Of a DNA stretch of 64,000 bases, positions 48,443 to 61,808 are shown one piece after another. This stretch comes from Mytilus trossulus. Lineage: Eukaryota. The stretch's first letter is position 1; every line of letters begins with the position of its first letter. The position numbers and the translations under genes were made by a program. The stretch spans positions 47,554,001 to 47,618,000 of the forward strand of contig NC_086382.1 in NCBI RefSeq assembly GCF_036588685.1. The letters run 5' to 3'. The notes below the pieces were generated by a model, which was not told the DNA's origin, did not search any database, and saw only the letters and a program-made list of their open reading frames with translations.

Positions 48443-50213
48443 ATGGTGGTTACAAACATATTCTTTATTTTTCTATTTGGACTTCTCTGCTGCTTTACTA
48501 CAGGTAATGTTGTGCTTACCATTTGCCTGAAACTGCGTAAAATATAGTTGAAGCAAGAAACGTTGCATTATTTTCACCGTTGAATTAGCGTACAGATTGT
48601 ATAATACACTTAACTGTCATTTAAGCAGTATATATAAGTTTGACCAGATATTTATACATATTTATGTATTTACAAGTACATGTACATGTATGTAATTGCT
48701 TAAATTGGAGATCTTTTAGTGTGTAGTTTATCCTTTCTTTTTCCTCTACTACTGAATTCAAAGAACTAAATCAAACTACTTTTATTAGGATACCTGATTG
48801 GAAACCAATGCTTCGTTTACCCTAGTTTTGATGCTATTCAGTGGAAAGACGGAAAAGACCGAATCTGTATGTTGTATCAAGGTGAAGCCGTATGCAAAGA
48901 ATGGGAATGTCCGGTGCCGAGCTGCGACGAGCCAATATCTGGCGAATATGGAACCTGCAAGTCTTATTGTAAAGGTTAGTACTATTGGAAGACAGGTACA
49001 ACTGTTTTTCTGTAAATCTTAAATTTGTATTCTATGGAGCGCATTAACTGTAAATTTTTAATACAAAGTCATAGACAAGTAGTACTACTTTGTATTTTGG
49101 CTCAAAATTGTCTAAATATATTTCTCTTTTACATTTTTTTAAGCAAATGTTGGTCTCAGTAAAAATTACGTCAACCGCACTATTTTGTTTCAGAGTAGGG
49201 CGACTTTTAACCTATAACATTTTTCAAAAGAGGGGCGAAAGATGCCAGAATGGACAGTCAAAATGTTAGATCGAAAATAAACTGACAAAGCCATGGCTTA
49301 AATAAAAAGTCAGAGACAAATAATAGTACATAAGACACAACATAGAAAACTGAAGACTGAGCAACACGAACCCTTCAAAAACCTGGGGGTGATCTCAGGT
49401 GCTCCGGAAGGGTAAGCAGATCCTGATCCAAATTTGACACCCGTCGTGTTGCCCAACGTGCTGTGAGATTAACACTTTCTTTATACTATAGACCGCATTG
49501 GCAATCATGCCACATCTTATCATTTGTATAGCTGACACGCGTCCACCTCACTCGAGGTATGAAGTGGTATCACAGATTGTAAATATCCAAGATAACATAT
49601 ACACAATTTAAAAGTCACAACGCTGTGTGTTTCTCAATCACTACACTGTGTGTTTCTCAGTCTTTGGTTTTCTATGTTGGGTTTTGTACGACAAGACTAC
49701 TGTTTTTCTTTTTGTCCTTTTCTCCGATTTGAAAGCTATTGACTTTTCAGTTTATTTGCGACTTTTGAGTTTTAATTTTTCTTCCGAATATTTCGTCTCT
49801 CTTTCTTTAATGAACGAGAACATACATAAATGGTAATTAAAGCTTAAATTGACGTGATCAATTAAATGAAAATAAAACAACATAAAAAAAATGAAAGAGT
49901 AGCAACTTTTTGACCTTTTTTGTTTTATCATTGACCATCATACTATATTCCATTGTTTATATATTGTATCAGATCTTCAACTTTCTTTTTCAGTAGCCTT
50001 TAATTATTTTGTTCTTGTCAATTACATTCTATCTTATTCTCATGATGTTCTCGTGTATTTTCAGGCAACTGCACATACGGGGGAACAGAGCATGAAATTG
50101 GCGTGGGATTTGTCTCCCCTGATGGGTCTAACACATGTTGGTGTTCAGAATGGAACACCTACTTTTGTTCGTATGGACAATTTACAGTACAAACAATGTG
50201 CAACCTTAATTAG
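48443..50213 (+). CDS. Small secreted cysteine-rich protein (131 aa; VWC-like plus pacifastin/VWC-like module); exons 48443-48503, 48789-48974, 50065-50213
   Basis: MVVTNIFFIFLFGLLCCFTT|GYLIGNQCFVYPSFDAIQWKDGKDRICMLYQGEAVCKEWECPVPSCDEPISGEYGTCKSYCK|GNCTYGGTEHEIGVGFVSPDGSNTCWCSEWNTYFCSYGQFTVQTMCNLN*. Signal peptide, two phase-1 GT-AG introns, 12 Cys in the mature part, AATAAA at 50362-50367. Confidence 0.8.
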
Positions 50214-50766
50214 TCCTTAATAACTTTTTAAGATTCAAAAATCACAAATACTTAGAACAATCAATACACATTTTATTTTACTTTTATGTTCTTTGTATTT
50301 AAAATATTTACAGTGTAATGTTATATTCTATGAACTTTAAAATTGAAATGTATACTATATGAATAAAAGAAACTGGACCTCAGTTATGTATAAGTTATTA
50401 TCTAAAATCAATGAAAACAAAATAATGAGTGCGTTGCAAAGTTTGATGCATTTGGAAATATAAGAAATTTAGGAAATTAAAACTTCTTATTGTAGAATTA
50501 CATGTACCATTTAATGCACTCCAAAGATTAAACGTTTGTTTTGTCCTTCCATTGCATTTAAAGATTTTTAAAAAGGTATAATGAAAATTATTTGCCTCTG
50601 TTTACTTTTGAATTAAAGAATTCACAAAAAGGATTATAAACTCAATTCAATGTTCAAATAGGATTTAAATACCAATAAAAGAGTAGCGTCATTAATTAAA
50701 AAAACATTTATGAAAAATATCGTAAGTGCGTTATTATACGACATCCTTCAGACAGAGTGTTGTGAC

Positions 50767-50813
50767 CATGCCATAGGAAATGGATGACATTGTCATCCAT
50801 TTCCTATGGCATG
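50767..50813. repeat. Perfect 47-bp palindrome (23-bp arms, 1-nt centre)
   Basis: CATGCCATAGGAAATGGATGACA-T-TGTCATCCATTTCCTATGGCATG. Confidence 0.9.
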
Positions 50814-51559
50814 ATAGACATTCGACCTATTTCTGCATAATGTTGGTTATTTAAGTGTTATTTTGTCACTAGCCCAAAGAAATGGTGGCGACGGATTTGC
50901 AAATGCATGCTTGACTGGTCTGTGTCTTCCTCTAACAAAACAACATAACGATTGTAAGAATTAATAGCAACATATACGATCATATATAAACCGGTAAAGT
51001 TGTTCGGTTTTAGAATGAACAGTCAATTGTTTGAAACGAACAAAAGACGGAAATTTATTAGTTTGAGCGAAAATTACAATATTATACTTTGATGTCAGAC
51101 AAATTGATTTTTTTATGTTTGTTTCTAATAAATAAATAGAAATACATAACAAGTTCGAAATATCCCATTTATTTTTTAACTCTATAAATACTAATTTATG
51201 TATATAATTTGGACAATATAAAATGTATTGTTAAAATAAAACAAATGTTACTGGTATATGTCTTTTATATCGAGATGTGACTCCCATGCAGTAAAGTAAA
51301 CTCTAACTAAAGCAAACTTTAGGTACAGTGTAACAGGACAACAATAAGTGTACAAAAGCGATATGTAATTAACCAGTACATAACAATTTTATTAAAGCAG
51401 GATTATTTTGTTTAAATCTCACTTATTGCATGTTAAGGCAATGTTTTACCAGGAAACATTAACATGCGTACCCCAACAATTAGACTAGAACAACACAAAT
51501 AAACCAATGAAAGCAATATCAGGCAACCATTACACAATTACACAAAGAGATAAAACATT

Positions 51560-52160
51560 GATGAAGCAAGAACACACCCAGGTTCCGCAAACATTTTATG
51601 GACACAAAAACACAGCAGCTCACAAAACGATTCATGCAAGAAACAAAACTAAAGCCGCACAAAGCGCAAATTGAATAGATTAAAAAAAAAACATACTTCC
51701 AAAGTAGCTCACACCAATTGGGGTCAAATACAAGAAAAAAATCAGCGCACACCAAGAGATTTGAGGAAATAAGAAAAAAGTACCACACACTATTTTATCA
51801 AGGAAAACAAGTACACAACAGCGCACGCAAATAGATTTAATACCTAAGAACAAAGCAGCGCACAGCCGCGCACCAATAGATTTAAGGATACAAGAACAAA
51901 GCAACACACACCGATAGATTAAGGAAAACAAGTACACAGCAGCGCACATCAATCGATTTAGGAAACAACAACAAAACAGCGCGCACTAAATAAATATGTT
52001 TAAACTCAACTAAACAACAGCTTTAAGGAAACAAGTAAATAGCAATGTACAGTAATAGATTTATGTAAGCAAGAATATTTCTAGAAGCCCACATTCAACT
52101 GGTTAAAGGAAACAAGAACAGAACTTCGCACACCAGTAGATTTACTGAAACAAGAAAACA
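51560..52160. repeat. Degenerate ~40-bp tandem repeat
   Basis: Recurring AATAGATTTAAGGAAACAAG..ACAGCAGCGCACACC variants. Confidence 0.6.
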
Positions 52161-53005
52161 TTGTGGCCACACCACCTGCACTTCGTCTAGCGCCCTAGAC
52201 CAATCGACCAACTAGGCTATAAATAATCTATCTATCGATAGTCGATATACTATGTGTTTATAGTTTACAATTCTTTATTTACCAGTAATGCAAATTAAAT
52301 CCGAACATCTCTCGAACGAAGTTCATGCAAATATTGTAATTACAATCGATGAGGCTGTGCATGGATCCATACCAAATGAAACAACACATCAAGCTTTTGT
52401 GATGAGCACTACAAACTATGTTCTGTATAATACACTTTCATTGATCCCATTTGATGCCAACTTTTTTTATTTTTCTTATTAATATCTCTGCCATGTGATT
52501 CTCTCCTCTTTAGACAAAGCAGGTTTTTGCCAATGACGGTAATAGTCACTTGCAAGAACCTTTTGACCATGATGATTAGTTAAGAAGATAAATCAGCCCC
52601 GCCCAAGAAATTTTTGTCTTTGGCCTACGGTAAGCCGGAAAATGTGACTCTGGAAAGATCTTTTAAACATATTCAATTTGGAATGTTTTTCGATTTCATT
52701 CCACGTAACTCGGATAAGTTATCAAGTTTTATTTAGGCGGGACTTTTTTATTATACTTTTTCATCTTTAGACTGTTAAAGCTTGTATCTGATGTTGGTCA
52801 CACGAGAAAAACCTCAATTAAATGAGTGCCACTTTTTCTGTTGTCCCAGTTTCTCTGATTTATATAGGTTCTTCACATGGGACATAAAAATCGGCTAGAA
52901 GGTACGGAATGCTTCTAATGATAGAAAATAGCATTTTCAATATTAAAGTTTCTGCGCCGATTGAACTGTTTTTTCCTATGAATAACTGCCAATCAAAACA
53001 ATAGT

Positions 53006-55236
53006 TCATCTATTTGTTATGCTATTCACCTCTTTCTCTATAAGTTGTTCACCGCTTTCTGGTTTTAAATCGTACTCTGTAACGTACGTGACATGTTCTC
53101 GCACCTTGAACAATTTTCTCAAAAAGCGACTGACTTTCTTAATTTTACAAGCATAGATCAATGGATTGGCAATACAGTTTAGATATATTACGGAAGATAT
53201 ATAGGTCAGTATTGTTCCTTTTTGTCCAAGGGAAAGGTCATCCAAATGGTCTGTTGTAACCAGGACAGCAAATATGCCTGGAAGAAACCCAAATGTATAT
53301 TATTATTCATGCAAATCAGTCAATTTCATGATGTCTCTTTAGATTATAACGAAGGTTTAAACCTTTTTTGTAAATATAATCTTTCTAATGCTAACGATAT
53401 CGCTTTAGCTGGAAAAAATATTCAACTCTACATTGTTTTCGCTTTGCCGAATTAAAATGCTATTTGTGGGAGATCTACAATGTACATTTATGTGTATTTT
53501 TTGTTTTTGTTATTTGAACTCGTTGAGAAATAAATGTTATAAATACTTGTTTTTGTATATTAATTTTTCGTTAGTTTGTTTAAATGGTTTTATTTGGTTG
53601 CATTTAAAGGTTAAATGATAATAAGAAGGTGTAAATGTAATATAATTGCAAATACAGCCAAAAACTATTCACCAGAGAACAAAGAATCTGTACGATCTTT
53701 TACCAGAAACAAACACATACTGTAAAGTAGTTCACCTGGCATCGGATGATGTCACATAATTTAAAAGAGAAACCTAACGGCCTGATATATGCAAGAAATA
53801 ATAAAACAAGAAGAGTATGACTCATAACAAGTAACGAGAAACACTGAATTGTTATGCTGTAGATATGGCACATGGATGCAGGTTTATATACGTTTGCTCT
53901 TTGAATATATAACGATAAGGATATACTTTCAGAGTATGATATATATCTAAATTAAAACCAAGATATTGTTAAATGGAGTTTGTTATTTTGCATTTATCAT
54001 CCTTTTCGATAAAAGACAGACGAAGACAAATAATAACACACTAGATACAACATGGAAAACTAAATACTTAGCAAAACGAACCCCACCAAAAACTAGAAGT
54101 CCTACTCCACATGTAGCACGCGTCGTCTTTATTATTTTCATGCGCAAACCATGTGTTATGGTCGTCATCCGGTTTACCGAAAAATTAAGAATTCGTAAAG
54201 ATGAATTCGAGATAGTGATAAAAAAATGGTAATATGGTGCTATATGTCTTAATACTGACTAGTCTATTATTTAGTAAAGCCTGCATTTGTTCTTCAAACC
54301 ACACCATAAAAAAAGCATTGATATATGAGACACATATTACTATTAAACGACAGCATGGGCAGATGACATGTCACTTCTCAAAAATGGAACGTGTACAATA
54401 GGAAAAATGAACAAGACATGTTAAAATGCTTGTTAAAACATAACAGAGGATTTACAATAATGAATAGTGTAACTACCTGATGGTAGCCAAGAAACAACGT
54501 TGATACCAACGATGATCATGGCTGTTTTGGTTGGTTTCCACCAAATATGTGTGTGTTGTTTGTTTATCTGTCTGTGATCTTCCCTTCTAATCCGGTTATT
54601 CTGTTTGAAAGCTATACATAGAATATGACAGTACATCAGAAAGACCATGAATGACATCATATACATTATAGCACAGTATAGCAACAGGAAATTCTTTGTA
54701 AAAACTCCAAAATATCTGCAATACTCTTCTGAAGTATCTTGATTCCAACCAAACAGTGGGGCTTGGCATATAACCAAACATACCACCCAACTTGATATCA
54801 TAAAATATTTAGCTTTTTCTGGAGTAATCAAACTGGTATACTTAAACGGTAATAGAATCTTGGCATATCTTTCGGCTGTCAAAGATAGAAGAATGACGGA
54901 CGAATTCAGAAATACTCCATTTACTAAACCAAATCGGATGGCACATTCGTAAAAATGTTTGAAATGTATAAGATTGTATATGACGTTATAAAATAAAAGA
55001 ATAGCACTGAGAAAATCCGACAATGCGAGATGACTGATGAAAATACATGACACATCCTCTCGGAAGTCTCTTCCGAATAGAATATATATTATTATACCAT
55101 TCAGTAGTACTGCCACAATGGCAACAACAAATATCAGAATGTTTATACCTAGATAAAAACAAGTGATTCCATATCCATTCAAACCATACCAAAGAACATA
55201 GTTATCGTCCGTCGTGTTTAATGTAATCATTTTCAT
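53006..55236 (-). CDS. Class A (rhodopsin-like) GPCR, ~343 aa, adenosine/GPR119-like; exons 55236-54477 and 53277-53006
   Basis: Seven hydrophobic segments with TM1 LLNG, TM2 HLALSD, TM3 Cys and LTAERY, TM4 Trp, ECL2 PLFGWN..C, TM6 SWLP and TM7 NCIANPLIY. One phase-1 GT-AG intron after SWLPS. Confidence 0.92.
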
Positions 55237-55971
55237 TCCCCCCAAAAAACCGACAACAGTTTACTTTTGCTCGGACTGCGAGAACTGAACAGTGAATTAT
55301 CGGTTGAAATATGTACTAGGTTTTCTATACCATCTTTATTATTTCTGTACTTTTTATTTTCTATTTTTTTCTCTATTTACAGCAAAAGTCTGTCATTGGT
55401 TTATTAGAAACAAAGCTAGAAGACATAATCTAAGTTCTTCTATGTTTTTAATATTGTAGTAATTTCCCCCTCTCTTCCGCTCAGTGTCCATAGATTACTA
55501 TGGTAAATGGTCGTAATAATTTAAAAGCGCCTACGTGAAAAAGTAGTTCATTCCGACCTTGTTGTATAATGCGGTTATAGCTTTTGATTTCGAAATAAAT
55601 GTTTTATTCCACTTGTACAGCTCCTCGTCATATCAAATCCTAATTAATCAAAAGAGAGAAGAAGCCTGCAGCAAAAGTAAAGAAAGACTTCCTGCTTATA
55701 TAAAATATTTAGAAGTCTAAAATAGTGAATGAAGAAAATGATAAACACATTTTTTTCAATTAGTATGCTCATCATCTAAGAGCACATTGACCTTGACGGT
55801 TAAACTAATCTGAGTAAGCTTTTGAAAAAGATAAACAAGGATTTCTCTTCAATTCAATTTTAATTTTATTAGAGTCCATAATTAAAAATTGTATTGCAAT
55901 CTATTCATACGACGTATAAGATATTTTAGAATTATATATTTCACAGTTATAATTACTATTTTCCTCCACAT

Positions 55972-57020
55972 TAGACTCATCAGTGACGCTCAGATAAAAA
56001 TGGTTAGCATGACAAACGAGTATAAAGTTGAAGAGGATTTAGGAATAAAAATCCCTTACAATTGTGCCAAATACGACTAAAGTTATATATGCCTGGGATA
56101 AGAAAATCCTATTGACTTTGCGTTTTCAAAACAAAAATTGAGAAGTAAACAGAAGTGAAAAGAAGGATACATACACAAATTAGCACACGTGTATTCAAGG
56201 GATAAGAAGAATAATCAATCTAAAGCGAGTTATATCTGTTTAAAAAAAAAACTATTTGCGTTGAAATGACATGTGCCGATAACGTAACAACTTCCCTAAC
56301 TTCAAATGATTTACGCATTGCGACAAATATTGACAATCGAAATGATTATTTAAAAAACAACTTTTAACAAAACAAAACACCATTAAAAAAGACATATTGA
56401 GAACACAAAACGCATGGCATGAATTTTCATTGATATGGTCATAATTACAAATTAACTGTTTCCAAACTTTAGAATAATTCGAAATACTAAGGAGTTTCTA
56501 TACTAAAAGTAGATTATCATAGCTGTATTTTGGAAAACCTTTCGACATTTTGATCTTCAATGCTCGTCAAATTCGTATTTTATTTTTTCCCTTTTGAAGT
56601 TTTCTTTTAAGCGTCAATGATATTTTAAAAGTCTTTTGCAGACAAAACGCTTTTGGCGTACACAATGTTAATCCTGGCCTATGTGATGATTTTGTTAACG
56701 TCACTTGGTCATTGAAACTGCAGGCGGAATTTATTGCCTGAGGATATCGGCAGCCCATTAGCCAGCTCTTCTATGTTGACATGAATTATCATGGATATTG
56801 CCATAATCATATCTTCAATTGTTTACATAACATTGAATTTTTCGAAATACTAAGAATATACTTCCATAGAAAAGATCACCTTAGCTGTAATTGGTACATT
56901 ATATCGAAATTTTACTCTGCAATTCGTACCGTACTTTGTTTTTTTTTTAAAATGAAAATTATTCGAGCATCATAAATGAGTCACTTGGCGTACATACTAT
57001 TAATCCTGGTATCTATGAAT
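55972..57020. mobile_element. Degenerate retrozyme-like repeats: one minus-strand fragment (55972-56110) and ~1.7 plus-strand tandem units of ~360 bp (56415-57020)
   Basis: Same repeat body as 24270-24432 (GACTCATCAGTGACGCT..AAAGTTGAAGAG..TGCCAAATAC.ACTAA.GT.AT.TATGCCTG). Decayed hammerhead cores at ~56611-56660 and ~56965-56992; ATGAATT unit starts at 56420 and 56781. Confidence 0.7.
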
Positions 57021-59290
57021 CGTTAATAAATTTAAGACATCAGAAACACTTGTTTGCAAAAAAAGAAGTGTGCTTTGCTGTGTGGCAGTAAATACAAGGT
57101 TTAAGTCTTTGATTTGACTCATCTAGAGATCCAATCAACGACCCTTCGCACTCCAGGTAATCACGCTTCCAAGAAACGAGGCGGTTTCAATTTGAATACT
57201 TGATATTATAATACAGCTTTTGCTTTCCAAAATATTTTGTAGCATTAAAGGTTTGCACTTGTTCCTGTAATGGACATATTACACAGACTCAGACCTTTTC
57301 AATATTCAACTTTATATTAAAAAAGAATGTAGATTTATTTAAGAAAATCTGGGCATTTTATGTTGTCACATTATGTTGCTAAACATAGGCAACAGTAGTT
57401 TACTGTTGTTCGAAAGTCATAAATCGATTGAGAGAAAACAAATCCGGGTTACAAACTAAAATTGAGGTGAACTCAACAACTTAAGGTAATACAGATCTAA
57501 ATTTGAGGTATAAGTTATGTAACAGTCAGGTCATACGATATATGACCAAACAATTTATAAAACAAAGTTTAAATGAACATATTGCACCACTATTAACAAA
57601 CTATAGAATTGACCAATTTTTATAATTACTAACATTAAAAAAAAGACAAAATATCAGCACAGGTATGTATAGCACTATGAGTTTTACTGATAACACATCT
57701 AAGTTATGAAACACAAATATTTTTTTGTAGACAATTAAGCCATATAAAAACGGAAAACATCCACCAAGCTCGTCAAACAACATTTATTTTATAGATTATC
57801 ATATCTGGAAGAAATATCAATATTGTACACAATATGATTGAATAGGGACAGACTTCTTTTAGAGACAGGATATTAAACGACTTTCTGAAGCTGCATCAAT
57901 TTATGGAAGTAGATATTTTTTCAAACTTTTTCTAAGGTCTATGAAAAAATCATGGTTGATGGTATAATGAAGAATGTATTTTAATCACGATCATCGAATT
58001 AAACAAAAAGGGGCGACAGATACCAAACTGACAAGGCGTGGTTAAAATAAAGAAAAGGACTAAAAGACAAATAGACAAACAGACAAACAATAGTACACAT
58101 AACGCACCATAGAAATTAAAGATTCATTAATCCGAACCCCATCACAACGGGGAGGGGGTGCAAGGTACTCCGGAAAGGACAACAGAATCTGCTCCACATG
58201 TGATGTTGAAAAAAATCAAAAACTCGATACGATTTTAATGTTTGAAATCGATAAGCTTAAAGTTTAGACACATTTTACGCAAAAAATCAAATAGGAAAAT
58301 ACTGAACTCCATTAAAAATCAAAACGGAAAGTCCCTTATCAATTGGCAAAACGAGATTCAACACGTCAAATGATTTTCGAACGAATGCATAACAACTGTC
58401 ATGTTCCTGTCTCGGTACATACATTCCCTTGTGTAGAAATGGTGGATTGGACCTGGTTTTATAGCACGCTAAACTGCTAACTAGTACGACAGTGGTATAA
58501 CATTCCATTAAATTGACAACAACGTGAGGACAAAGCAAAGACATACTATGTAAAAATGTCGAAAGAAGGGGTGTAGTTGTCAACTTTGTGTCATAATCAA
58601 AATGTTTTAAATACCAAAAAAATATGTCAACAATGAAAACAAAATGGCATATAGGCAAAGCTTATAAGCAAATTTAAAAGACACGAAACTGAGTAAAAAC
58701 AATAAACTTCTATTTATAAATTCCTGTAAAAACATTTATTTCTTTTTACCTGGATTGTACTAATGTTTACATAACATTGTTGGTTATTGTTATCATTTAC
58801 GTTTGTCTTTTTTAAACAAAGTTATTTTCTAATATTAACCTACAAGTGTCATTTTAAGTTCTTTGTTTTAAGAGTTTTGTAATTTAATACCAGTGCAATG
58901 AATCAATAGTCGGATATTCTGAAGCGAATTACTCGTAAATTTCTCTTAGTTCCGGACAATAACATCAAACTGTTTATATTAATAATATCTTTGAGTAGAT
59001 AGTTTTTGTAAAAATAGTTTTCATAGCAATAAATTGTCTGATTCAGATGAAAGTCCTGTACTCATTGATGTATTGACATTTTGAATAATATTGTAGGTTA
59101 AGTGAATCCATATAATTAAAAAAGGAAGATTTAAACACTATAACAGAAACAGAAAAACAAAGAAGGGTAGAATTAGTTACGTTCCTGTCAACATTTGATG
59201 ATGCATATATGTGTTCACTTTCGGTTTTTGATTGTTATTTCTTTACTTAACCAAATTACTGAAAAAAGAAAACCTATATAAGTAATTTAA

Positions 59291-59864
59291 AGGAGTATGT
59301 CCGGTAAGAGCGGATTTTGGCCTCAAATTTCATGATCATCTAACGAAAGTTTTTGGACACTTTTTAAACACTACTGTCTACTTCAATTGATTCGATTAGT
59401 TTATGTGAAAATTTTTAACTGATTTAGTCATTAAAAACATTGTGAATCAAACTTTAATATGAAAATCTATCAAATATGTCAAAAAACGTCACTTTTCAGA
59501 TGGGTTTTGTCAAAAATGAAAGTGGAATACAATGTACATCCTCAACCTTTATATATGTTTTGTATTATCATCAAATACAAGTTTCATTTCAATATAATTG
59601 ATGAACACGAATGCGACCACTTTCATTTCAGACAGAAACCGTCTAAAAATTAATCAAAATGCTAAAATTTTGAAAATTTTAGTAATTTAGCATGACTTAA
59701 TGATGCTAGAACGCAATATTGGTGAATTGTATTGAATGTCAAAAACATCTCATATTTATGAAGCATTTTACTTGCAAGAATATAGCTAAAAGATTACATT
59801 TTCACAATTTTCTAAAACTTCTTTATTTTTAAGGCAAAAAGGGGGTCTTACTGAATCTACTCCT
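59291..59864. mobile_element. MITE with AGG..CCT termini and TTAA-like target (Kolobok-like)
   Basis: ttaa|AGGAGTATGTCCGGTAAGA ... TCTTACTGAATCTACTCCT|ttag. Confidence 0.6.
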
Positions 59865-61348
59865 TTAGAAGGGGAGTCTTTATCACAGTCGTGGTAGCAT
59901 TTAATTTTCTACATAGTACTCTACTAGTACTGTAAAATTTCAAAACTAGAAGCAAGTGAGTGTATGCTGTCTCCAGAGGAGATTGTTACATATTTTGATA
60001 TAGTATAAAAAAAGAAGATGTGGTATGATTGCCAATGAGACAACTATCCACAAAAGACCAAAATGACACAAATATTAACAATTATAGGTCACCGTACAGC
60101 CTTAACCACTGGTGTTGTTCACACACAAAATAAAACATCCGCTGAAACCTAGATGTGAAACTTCATTTCTTTTTTATACTTTTTAGAGTTTACGTGTTTT
60201 GAAAGCGTATTGTATTTGGTGGTCAGCTAAAAATGTTTGAACGTCATTGTTACACATGTCCATCAAAACATAGTTCACAAATAGAATCTTTTAAAACAAA
60301 CAAGGGTTAACAGTACAACAATCCTGTATAATTTTTTTAAGTGTATGACTATACTTGTGTGTATATTTAAATGTATTATAGTATAAGGAAAGGGATGTAT
60401 AATGTATTTTCTCTCGCAGATCGAAGAGGTTTTTAGATTGTTTTTTTTAACATTTATTTGTAGAAAGATATTGTATTTCAAATATGAATTATTCAATAAA
60501 GACACAACGTTTAATGATATTTTCTTTGTAGGCTATACTTATTTCCTAGAATTGTATGTTTGTTTTAGTTATGCAAAACTCATACTTTATCATCAACAAA
60601 TATCGTCATTGATATGATAATTGTTAACGAATAATATGTGTATGGACTACTATGTAAGTTAATACTGTAAACACAATATCTAAACAATTTTTAATTACAT
60701 ACAATTAGGGTATAATCGATTTTAACCCAGAACACCCGCTTTAGAATCGTTTGAAATTGACAAATAAAATTTATCTGCAGTTAATCAATTAGTTCTGCAA
60801 TATTAATTTCAAGTAAAATAATGACAGAATTCTGAATGTTTACGATATATCGATATTTTTCTGGTAATGAATTACTATCAAATATTATGCTGCGATTAGT
60901 TACGTGTGATTTCATTTGCAGTTAGTACTTAATAGACACATATATATGGAATAAAAGTACATTTGTAAAATAACACTTTATAAATCTAGTACGTCCGAAA
61001 AATAATAAACTCAATTTTTCTCACCAAGAAGGCTAAAATGATTTTTTTTTTAAACAAGGAATATATACAGTCTTGCTGTTATAGCGTACCGTGGTACAAT
61101 TATCAAACTTGCCCATAAAAGAATAGCTAAACAATGGTAAATTTACTTTGCCCGGGAAAACTAGAATCTTATAGTTAAAAAGAAGAATTAACGGGAAATT
61201 TTGAAAATATATCATGTGATAAATCATATCAGTGGAGGGCACAAACCATTGGGCTGATGATACCTCTTGAACGAAAAGTTCAACCATAAGTGCAATTAGT
61301 TGGAAGAAATATTCATACGAGAAGAGTTATGGATTCATTTTGAAAAGA

Positions 61349-61808
61349 AGCATTTGCATTAATCAGGTATTTGCTGGCGTATCAGTATCGACGTATCGTA
61401 TATCACGTATATGAGGAAAGGATTAATTAAGTCAAGTTGGTCCCGCTGAAAATATCTAATAATGCATTTAAATTTTATTGATATCGGGGTGAAATCATTA
61501 TTGTAAACAAATCTGCTCGATACGTATACGTCGATCCTTGTGCGTATCCTGAAACGAGAATAATGCAAATGCTCTACTAGAGCATTTGCATTAATCAAGT
61601 ATTTGCTGGCGTATCCGTATCGACGTATCGTATAACACGTATATGAGGAAAAGATAAATTAAGTCAAGTTGGTCCCGATGAAAATATTATTTAATGCATT
61701 AAATTTGAATTGTGATCGGTGTAAAATCATTATTGTAAACAAATCTGTTCGATACGTATACGTCGATCCGTGCACGTATCCTGGTACGTGAATAATGCAA
61801 ATGCTCTA
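61349..61808. mobile_element. Head-to-tail dimer of a ~230-bp MITE
   Basis: Two similar units (61349-61576 and 61578-61808), each bounded by (TAG)AGCATTTGCATTA / TAATGCAAATGCTCTA. Confidence 0.75.

Noticed and set aside
48798-49022. ORF-track peptide METNASF...
   Set aside because: Wrong frame of the exon 48789-48974 of the Cys-rich gene.
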